From: an uncultured Syntrophorhabdus sp.
Lineage (GTDB): Bacteria; Desulfobacterota; BSN033; UBA1163
DNA length: 33,093 nucleotides
NCBI GenBank assembly: GCA_964638215.1
Contig: CAZXBI010000004.1
Location: 1-33,093, forward strand
Direction of reading: 5' to 3'
The position numbers and the translations under genes are program-made. Each line of letters starts with the position of its first letter. The first letter of the stretch is position 1. The notes under the pieces are model-generated. The model searched no databases. It had not been told where the DNA came from and was given only the letters and a program-made list of their open reading frames with translations. Below are positions 26,461-33,093 of this stretch, piece after piece.

Positions 26461-26871
26461 GTGGCGAAAACAAGAGAGGGCTGGAGTATTGGTAAAGAAA
26501 GTAGAATTATTTCAGGGGATATAAAAAATGAGACGTTTAAGATGTTGAAAGATGAAAATTGGGAATCCCATCCTTTGGTGAAGGAAGTTCTTTTAAATTT
26601 CATCATCACCAAAAAGGATAACGAAGCTGGTGTGACTTGTCTCTTTGTAAAAATTCCCAAGGAAAGAGAAATACCAGAACATTTACATGAATTATCAAAT
26701 GACATCATTGTCCCTTTAGAGGGGAAGGCCAAAATATGGATTCAAGGAATTGGTGAATTTGAAATGCGCAGAGGAGTTGTAATTAATATACCGAAAGGCG
26801 TGAAGCATAAAATATTCGATGTGACTGAAGACGTTTTAGCCTTCGATGTTTTTAACCCGGGAATTGCATAA
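26461..26871 (+). CDS. Cupin domain protein 3
   Basis: GTG start after AAGGAG. IPEHLH...D...LEG...G...IPKGVKH...DVF.P motifs. Confidence 0.85.
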   Translation: MAKTREGWSIGKESRIISGDIKNETFKMLKDENWESHPLVKEVLLNFIITKKDNEAGVTCLFVKIPKEREIPEHLHELSNDIIVPLEGKAKIWIQGIGEFEMRRGVVINIPKGVKHKIFDVTEDVLAFDVFNPGIA

Positions 26872-26945
26872 AGAGAGATGAGCATGAGTCCATTTGGCGA
26901 TGGAAACCATGAGGAAAGACAACATTTTAAACAGGAGGTATCAGA

Positions 26946-28313
26946 ATGACTTACGCTGCTAAGTTAGCCGAGAGATATTCGAATTTAGATTACGGAGAGA
27001 TCACCCCTCAGGCGATTCAAAAAGCAAAGGAATGCCTGATGGATTATCTCAGTTGCACTTATGCAAGCTTATCATTCAATTCGAGCCAAATTGTGCGTGA
27101 GTTTGCTTTCGAGAATTATTCCAGAGGTAAGTGTACAGTCATTGGTAGCAAAAGAAAGTTAGTCTCTGCTGGGGCTTGTTTGATCAACAGCACAACAGGA
27201 CATGGTCCTGAATTGGATGATACGAGCAATGACGCCGTAATACATGTTGGGGTGATTATTATTCCAGTCGCCTTGGCAATAGCTGAACAATTAGATTTAG
27301 GAGGTAAAGATGTCCTAAGAGCCATGGTCATCGGTTATGATACGAATATCAAAGTAGGTAAAGCGGCAAATCCAGCGACTCTTTTAGCTCGTGGGTTTCA
27401 TCCAACTGCCATCTGTGGTATGTTTGGCGCGGCCATGACGGCAGCACGCTTAATGAATCTAAATATCGAACAGACTGTTAATGCATTAGGAGTTGTTGGA
27501 AGTTTTATTTCAGGAAATTTAGAGTGTTATAGTGATGGAACTCTCACAAAAAGATTAAACCCTGGTATTGCTTCATCTTCTGGGGTTATTGCAGCGGGGT
27601 TAGCTCTCAAAGGATATACTGGGCCGAAGAGCATCTTTGAAGGACCAAGGGGCTTTTTCCATAGTTATTGTGAGAATTCCAAACCAGAAGAACTGGATAA
27701 ATTGAATGGCTTTGAAATAGAGAATATTAGTTTTAAGCCCCATGCCTGCTGCCGATTTAACCAAGCACCTATTGATGCTGCACTGGCGATACGTACCGAG
27801 AACAAAGTCGATTATAAGAACATCAAGACCGTTTTAATAGAGTTGCCGAAAACAGGATATGATATCGTCGGGCAGCCTGCAGAAGTAAAGTTTAACCCAA
27901 AAAATGTGGTGGACGGTCAATTTAGTGCCCCTTATAGCGTCGCGATAGCCTGTATGGAGGGGAAAGCTTTCTTAGATGAATATACTGAAGAGTCCATTCG
28001 GAGACCCGATGTCCATGCATTTTTAAAGAAAATTACCGTGAAGCATGCCCCTGATTTAGAAAAATACTTGCCCAATCCATTTACGGCAAGGATTACTGTA
28101 ACGATGGAGGATGGAAATATCTATTCAAAAGAGGTGATCTATGCCAAAGGAGATCCACAAAATCCTCTTTCGTGGGAAGAGATTTTAGAAAAGTTTAATA
28201 TGCTTGTATCGCCCTCCCTTGTTAGTAGGGCCAAGAAAAAGAAAATGATTGAGACCATTCAACATTTGGAAGAATTAGATGGTATTAAGGAGTTTACAAA
28301 ACTATTGACTTAA
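26946..28313 (+). CDS. MmgE/PrpD family protein 3
   Basis: ELDD......H.G, RGFHPT, KRLNPG, FEG.RGF, FKPHACCR, QFS.PY, KGDP.NPL motifs. Confidence 0.93.
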   Translation: MTYAAKLAERYSNLDYGEITPQAIQKAKECLMDYLSCTYASLSFNSSQIVREFAFENYSRGKCTVIGSKRKLVSAGACLINSTTGHGPELDDTSNDAVIHVGVIIIPVALAIAEQLDLGGKDVLRAMVIGYDTNIKVGKAANPATLLARGFHPTAICGMFGAAMTAARLMNLNIEQTVNALGVVGSFISGNLECYSDGTLTKRLNPGIASSSGVIAAGLALKGYTGPKSIFEGPRGFFHSYCENSKPEELDKLNGFEIENISFKPHACCRFNQAPIDAALAIRTENKVDYKNIKTVLIELPKTGYDIVGQPAEVKFNPKNVVDGQFSAPYSVAIACMEGKAFLDEYTEESIRRPDVHAFLKKITVKHAPDLEKYLPNPFTARITVTMEDGNIYSKEVIYAKGDPQNPLSWEEILEKFNMLVSPSLVSRAKKKKMIETIQHLEELDGIKEFTKLLT

Positions 28314-28403
28314 ATTGAGCGAGACCTCTATCAGATAGAATATTTTATTTTTAGATAATGAGTAGGGGCCATGTTCAAACTGAAAACGGAATTGGAGGGA
28401 AAA

Positions 28404-29267
28404 ATGTTGATGACCACAAAGTTAAGAGGATTGCTCCAAAGAAAAAAGATATTGGTGGTACCAGGTGCTTTTGACGCCATGAGTGCAAAGTTAATCGAGG
28501 GGGCTGGATTTGAGGCAGTCTATATGACTGGCTTCGGCACAGCAGCATCTATTCTGGGACTTCCAGATATTGGATTGATTACCATGACAGAGATGATTGA
28601 GAACGCAAAGAGGATATCCGATGCCGTCAATATACCCGTTATAGCTGATGCCGATACAGGATACGGTAACCATCTAAATGCGATAAGAACGATTCGAGAG
28701 TATGAGAAGGCAGGCGTTGCAGCCATTCATATTGAAGATCAAATCTTCCCTAAGAAATGTGGGCATATGGAAGGAAGCAAACTCATTCCTTTGGAAGAAA
28801 TGGCGGCAAAAGTAAGAGCTGCGGCTGCTTCTAGAAAAGATAAGGATTTTGTTTTGATTGTCAGGACGGACGCCATTTCTTCAGAAGGTTTTGAAGCGGC
28901 CATTCGGAGAGGAAATGCATATGTCGAAGAAGGAGCGGATGTCATTTTTATCGAAGCACCCAAGACGATGGATCAATTGGAAAAAATTCCTAAACTCATC
29001 AAGGCGCCAGTCTTAATCAATATGGCACCCAAAACACCTAATTTACCTTTTAAGAGATTTGAAGAGATGGGATATGCCATCGTCATTTATCCGTCTTTAT
29101 CATTAACAGCCTCTTTTTTAGCCATAAAGGAAAGACTATTGGAACTAAAAGAGAATGGGATTGTTAGGCAATGGGCTGAATTAGGTGTCCCTTTTGAAGA
29201 GATGATAGGTTTCTTAGGAGTGAAAGAATATGAGCAAATGGAAGAAAAATTCTTGAGGAAAACCTAA
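28404..29267 (+). CDS. Isocitrate lyase/PEP mutase family C-C lyase (PrpB/2,3-dimethylmalate lyase-like)
   Basis: PGAFDAMSA, YMTG, G.PD.G, ADADTGYG, IEDQ..PKKCGH, RTDA, GAD.IF.EA motifs. Start 28404 (after GGAGG) is preferred over 28371. Confidence 0.92.
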   Translation: MLMTTKLRGLLQRKKILVVPGAFDAMSAKLIEGAGFEAVYMTGFGTAASILGLPDIGLITMTEMIENAKRISDAVNIPVIADADTGYGNHLNAIRTIREYEKAGVAAIHIEDQIFPKKCGHMEGSKLIPLEEMAAKVRAAAASRKDKDFVLIVRTDAISSEGFEAAIRRGNAYVEEGADVIFIEAPKTMDQLEKIPKLIKAPVLINMAPKTPNLPFKRFEEMGYAIVIYPSLSLTASFLAIKERLLELKENGIVRQWAELGVPFEEMIGFLGVKEYEQMEEKFLRKT

Positions 29268-29281
29268 CATTGCTGAAGCAT

Positions 29282-30220
29282 ATGGATTATGTAAATCTCG
29301 GTAAATCAGGGGTGAAGGTGAGCAAGATCGCCCTTGGATGTATGAGTTTTGGAAGGGAAGCAGATGAAAAAGAATCAAATCATATGGTAAATATAGCTTT
29401 CGATAATGGAATAAACTTTTTCGACACAGCCAATTCTTATTCCAATGGCAGGTCAGAAGAAATTTTAGGGGGAGCCTTAAAGAGAAAAAGAAATCAGGTA
29501 GTGATCGCAACAAAAGTATCCAATCCGATTGGAGAAGGCCCTAATGACAGGGGATGCTCCCGTTATCATATAATAAGAGCTGTAGAGGAAAGTCTCCGTC
29601 GTCTTAAAACAGATAGGATAGACCTTTACCAGCTCCATCGATTTGATCCTGATACGCCTCTCGAAGAAACTCTTAAAACCTTAGATGATCTGGTGAGGTG
29701 GGGTAAGATCGTCTACATTGGTTGCAGCAACTTCACTTTCCAACAACTTATGAAAGCTCTTGGAATTAGCAAAAGCTCAGGACTTCAATCTTTTATTTCT
29801 ATTCAACCCATGTATAACATTTTGAAGAGGGAAGCTGAAGACGACTTACTCCCTTTTTGTTTAAAAGAGGGAATAGGCGTTATTCCCTATAATCCATTGG
29901 CTGGAGGATTTCTCACTGGAAAATATAAGCCCAACACAACTCCATCCATCGGGACTCGATTAGGGGACCAAAACGTCTATCAAGAACGTTACCTTTCAGA
30001 TGAAAACTTTCAGAGGACGACACGTTTTCTTGAGATCGCAAAGAGACGAGGATTACACCCTATTGCACTTGCTCTTGCTTGGGTGGCTTCACATCCTGCC
30101 GTAACATCTCCAATTATTGGAGCTCGAAACGGAAAACAGTTGAGTGAAACCCTAAATTTGGTTGATGTCAAAATATCAATCCAAGAAAGAGACCAGATAA
30201 ACCGAGAGGTGTGGACTTAG
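29282..30220 (+). CDS. Aldo/keto reductase
   Basis: LG.SG.KVS...LG.M.FG, DTAN.Y, IATK, DLYQLH (catalytic D-Y-K-H), GCSNF, Q..YN, Y.PL.GG.LTGKY, I.GA motifs. Confidence 0.95.
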   Translation: MDYVNLGKSGVKVSKIALGCMSFGREADEKESNHMVNIAFDNGINFFDTANSYSNGRSEEILGGALKRKRNQVVIATKVSNPIGEGPNDRGCSRYHIIRAVEESLRRLKTDRIDLYQLHRFDPDTPLEETLKTLDDLVRWGKIVYIGCSNFTFQQLMKALGISKSSGLQSFISIQPMYNILKREAEDDLLPFCLKEGIGVIPYNPLAGGFLTGKYKPNTTPSIGTRLGDQNVYQERYLSDENFQRTTRFLEIAKRRGLHPIALALAWVASHPAVTSPIIGARNGKQLSETLNLVDVKISIQERDQINREVWT

Positions 30221-30260
30221 ACGAGAAGTTGCAAAGTGTTTCAATAAGAGGGGAAGGGTA

Positions 30261-30830
30261 ATGGAAGAAAAGAAATATATCGAAGAGCTATTTCCAAGGA
30301 TAAAAGATATTAAGGATAATGACTTAAGGGACAAAGTCATCAGTGTTTGGCTCAAGGCTTGGAAGATGAGTGATTATAAAAGAATCGAAGATCATAGCTC
30401 ATGGCCTCCAGCAAGCGAGAAAATTCAACTCTCTAATGTAGAACACACAAATCAGGTCGTAGAGTGTGCTATCGCTGTGGCTGATGTGATAGAGCGAACT
30501 CAAAAGATAAAAATAAATTTAGACACCCTTGTCGCCGCAGCGATCCTCCACGACGTAGATAAGATTATCCTGTTTCATGAATCAACTGGCAAATTAACTC
30601 CATTCGGAAGACTATTAACCCATACCCATCTCGCTAATTTTTTAGCTTTAGAAGAAAAGCTCCCATTCGAAGTCGTCCATGCGATGAGTGCTCATTCTCC
30701 AACTTTTTCGAAAGAATCCCCTAACACGCCGGAGGCACTGATCATTTCCAAACTCGATCCCCTGATGATGTTTAATTGGATTATGTCTAAAAAAGTAGAG
30801 GTTTCTTTTACAATCGATAAGGATGAATAA
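30261..30830 (+). CDS. HD domain protein
   Basis: EH...V, A.ILHDVDK, H, H....H, TPEA.I....D pattern of HD-superfamily metal-dependent hydrolases. Confidence 0.85.
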   Translation: MEEKKYIEELFPRIKDIKDNDLRDKVISVWLKAWKMSDYKRIEDHSSWPPASEKIQLSNVEHTNQVVECAIAVADVIERTQKIKINLDTLVAAAILHDVDKIILFHESTGKLTPFGRLLTHTHLANFLALEEKLPFEVVHAMSAHSPTFSKESPNTPEALIISKLDPLMMFNWIMSKKVEVSFTIDKDE

Positions 30831-30840
30831 TTGAAAAGGA

Positions 30841-30895
30841 GGGGGCTATGGGGTCCAGACTGCTGAAATCATGGGAATTCAGCTGAGAAGCCCCC
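30841..30895. terminator. Possible hairpin between convergent genes
   Basis: GGGGGCT (30841-47) pairs with AGCCCCC (30889-95) and encloses GCTGAA/TTCAGC. No U-tract, imperfect. Confidence 0.3.
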
Positions 30896-30920
30896 AGGAT
30901 CATCTCCATCTCTGTTTGGA

Positions 30921-31574
30921 TCAAAGAGCATACTTAAGGGTTATCACTTCTGTTTTAAGAGGAAGTTTAGTCGCCTCTAATTCCAATTCACTAGATGTCA
31001 TTCTTTTTATATCTTTCCAACTTTTAAGAAATTCTTCAACACCCACGATAGGGAAATTACATTTTTCAGTCTTGTAATGCATTGGAATAATCACCTTGGG
31101 GTTTATATCTTGGCATACTTTTACAGCATCCGCTGGTTCAAGGGTGTAGAAACCTCCAATGGGGATTAATAATAGATCCACCTTTCCCACCTTATTCAAT
31201 TCATCTTTACTTAAACGATGTCCCAAGTCTCCACAATGGCATACTCGGATTCCATCAAGCGTGAATAAGAAAAGAAGGTTTTTCCCTCTTTCCTTCCCTT
31301 TAGAGGTATCGTGGTATGTAAAGATTCCTAAGAACTCGATCCCTTTGATGGTTTTCTTCCCTTCACTATTAAGGATATGAGGCTTACCTTTAAGGCGGGT
31401 GGTATAATGATCAGCATGATCATGGCTTACTGTAACAATATCAGCTTCTTCAGGAATCTCCCCATATGATAAGGATCCTCCGAAAGCCCCTGATTCATAA
31501 GGATCTGTGATTACCTTCACGCCATCTTGAGAGGTCAACAAAAATGATGAGTGTCCATACCATTTGATCTTCAT
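30921..31574 (-). CDS. MBL-fold metallo-hydrolase (UlaG/Lactamase_B_3-like)
   Basis: MKIKWYGHSSF, TDPY, VSHDHADH, HD...G.ERG.N, H.GDLGH, IPIGG, IPMHY motifs. Confidence 0.92.
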   Translation of the reverse strand: MKIKWYGHSSFLLTSQDGVKVITDPYESGAFGGSLSYGEIPEEADIVTVSHDHADHYTTRLKGKPHILNSEGKKTIKGIEFLGIFTYHDTSKGKERGKNLLFLFTLDGIRVCHCGDLGHRLSKDELNKVGKVDLLLIPIGGFYTLEPADAVKVCQDINPKVIIPMHYKTEKCNFPIVGVEEFLKSWKDIKRMTSSELELEATKLPLKTEVITLKYAL

Positions 31575-31618
31575 AAAAACCTCCCCTTCTGTGAACTATA
31601 AACGATGAACAATAAACT

Positions 31619-31927
31619 CTATTTTTTCTTTAATTTGACTTCAACCGCTTTTTTCTTTCCCTCCATCGTTCCTTTCTTATCCCGCCGGTCGTCAATCCTG
31701 ATGGTGGTCAGAACCCGCTGGGCCTTCTTCTTGAACGGAGCCTCATGCATTTTCATCACCACGCGCATCAGGTCCTTGAGATCACCTTCAAGATTGGATC
31801 CCATCGAAGTGAGTTCGTGTTTGATCTTTTTTTCTTTCTGCAAAATCCGCACGCATTCCGCTACATAAGGGCTGAGACTCGTGCCCGATGTCCCGATGGG
31901 AACCACGCTGACATCTAAAATGGCCAT
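31619..31927 (-). CDS. MTH1187/YqgV family thiamine-binding protein
   Basis: MAILDVSVVPIGT...SLS.YVA, LT.MG..LEG, HE, RV.T.I.IDDR.DK motifs. ATG 31927 after AGGAGG. Confidence 0.92.
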   Translation of the reverse strand: MAILDVSVVPIGTSGTSLSPYVAECVRILQKEKKIKHELTSMGSNLEGDLKDLMRVVMKMHEAPFKKKAQRVLTTIRIDDRRDKKGTMEGKKKAVEVKLKKK

Positions 31928-31959
31928 AACTAACCTCCTGAATGATTTTAGATTCTTAA

Positions 31960-32040
31960 TATTTACCATTGCGTCCCTAAGTTGTCAACGAATTTGACAG
32001 AAAGTAGTATCTTTTTCTTTCCAATTATTGTATAAAAATA
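31960..32040. promoter_or_regulatory. Divergent promoter region with TGTCAA-N5-TTGACA palindrome
   Basis: TGTCAA at 31983-88 (TTGACA on minus, 17 nt before TAAATA) and TTGACA at 31994-99 on plus. Confidence 0.45.
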
Positions 32041-32050
32041 TTGATTCTTT

Positions 32051-32779
32051 ATGAACCCCCAACAGGATGTTTCAACTCTTATAGCTTTTATGGCAGGACT
32101 CCTCTCCTTCGTCTCGCCCTGTGTTCTTCCGCTCGTCCCTTCCTATATTACTTACATCACCGGAGTTTCCTTCCAAGATCTGACCGATGAAAAAGCCAAA
32201 TCAAGAGTCCGTTGGGCGACCATTCTGCATTCCATTCTCTTCATCGCTGGATTTTCAACCATCTTCATCCTGATGGGCGCATCCGCCTCTTATCTGGGGC
32301 AGGTATTGGTCGAATATCAATCCTGGATTATGAAGGTGGGAGGGGTACTCATCATCGTTCTGGGGATTCATTTCACCGGGATCATCAATATCCCCTTCTT
32401 GCAGATGGAGAAACGATTTGAATTGCGAAAAAAGCCCCTGGGCTATCTGGGCTCTTTCCTCGTAGGAATTGTCTTTGCGGCAGGATGGACTCCCTGTATC
32501 GGTCCCATCCTCTCTACCATTTTGATCTATGCAAGCACTTCAAAAAATTATATGACCGGCGTCTATCTTTTAACGGTCTATTCTTTGGGGCTTGGCATTC
32601 CTTTCTTTCTTTCCTCCCTGGCCTTCAACGCCTTTCTCTCAGCCTTCGATAAAATTAAACGGTATATGAGATGGGTCACCCTCATCAGCGGGATTTTCCT
32701 GATTATTATTGGGATCCTTTTTTTGACCGATACCTTCCGAGAGATCAACATCTTTTTCAACCTGTTCGCCAATCCCTGA
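32051..32779 (+). CDS. ccdA: Cytochrome c biogenesis protein CcdA (DsbD transmembrane domain)
   Basis: AF.AGLLSF.SPCVLPLVP.Y and GWTPCIGPIL motifs with two redox Cys, YSLGLGIPF, hydrophobic. Confidence 0.95.
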   Translation: MNPQQDVSTLIAFMAGLLSFVSPCVLPLVPSYITYITGVSFQDLTDEKAKSRVRWATILHSILFIAGFSTIFILMGASASYLGQVLVEYQSWIMKVGGVLIIVLGIHFTGIINIPFLQMEKRFELRKKPLGYLGSFLVGIVFAAGWTPCIGPILSTILIYASTSKNYMTGVYLLTVYSLGLGIPFFLSSLAFNAFLSAFDKIKRYMRWVTLISGIFLIIIGILFLTDTFREINIFFNLFANP

Positions 32780-32892
32780 TCCTTCCTCAAAGAGCATAGA
32801 ACAACAGGCATAACGTTTAAAATTCAAAATCCCAGATAAATGTTTCGTATCAATTTAGCTTTTTGAAAGCTACAACAAAAAATAAAACGGGT

Positions 32893-33080
32893 TTGTCATT
32901 CCTGCCCCGTAACAAAGTACGGGATAAACTCCAGCAGGAATCCAGGGTTTCCTGTGAAAACAGGAATCCAGTTTTATATGTCTCTGGTTCCCTGCTCCCC
33001 GCCTTCGCGGGGACAAGTTTACCCCTGCGGAAGCAGGGGCAGGGACGACGTCTGGATTCCCGTTTTCACGGGAATGACAA
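32893..33080. repeat. Composite palindromic repeat (REP/RPE/dRS3-like miniature element)
   Basis: Terminal inverted repeats TTGTCATTCC (32893-902) and GGAATGACAA (33071-80). Internal GGAATCCAG twice and CTGGATTCC once. ATTCCC-N8-GGGAAT at 33056-75. Several GC-rich hairpins. Confidence 0.8.
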
Positions 33081-33093
33081 CTTGGGTAATACA

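Noticed and set aside
3279-31969. N-terminal extensions of track ORFs starting at 3279, 5733, 9097, 15969, 18715, 20786, 28371, 29270 and 31969
   Set aside because: Most overlap upstream genes or lack an SD. Downstream ATGs fit the family N-termini and usually have SD motifs.
31983-31999. TGTCAA-N5-TTGACA as a novel transcription-factor site
   Set aside because: More simply explained as back-to-back -35 hexamers of divergent promoters.
559-32827. Numerous short antisense or alternate-frame ORFs in the track (e.g. 6731-7210, 12521-13087, 15100-15408, 26427-26732, 30871-31077, 31605-31868)
   Set aside because: They overlap well-supported genes, show no recognisable motifs and read as shadow ORFs.

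Overview
Bacterial DNA, probably from an anaerobe of deltaproteobacterial type (inference from gene content only). Housekeeping genes with higher GC sit at both ends: a partial hpt on the left, and an MTH1187-family gene, ccdA and a nested palindromic repeat on the right. Between them lies a lower-GC block of about 30 kb with 29 co-oriented genes headed by a GntR/HutC regulator. The block encodes a citryl-CoA-lyase-like protein, an SCS-like ADP-forming acyl-CoA ligase whose beta and alpha genes are split by a small Fe-S protein, a LeuCD-type and an AcnX-type dehydratase, three MmgE/PrpD proteins, PrpF, an ICL/PEP-mutase-family lyase, a PxpABC-like trio, a lactonase-type MBL, two FMN/FAD/4Fe-4S ene-reductases, three cupins, an aldo/keto reductase, an HD protein and a Liv-type ABC importer. 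Many of these enzymes keep their cofactor ligands but have altered substrate-binding motifs. The best reading is an uncharacterised anaerobic catabolic pathway for a cyclic or branched polycarboxylate. The substrate cannot be determined from sequence. Consensus motifs quoted are from memory, not from alignments. No rRNA, tRNA, CRISPR, integrase or transposase was seen.
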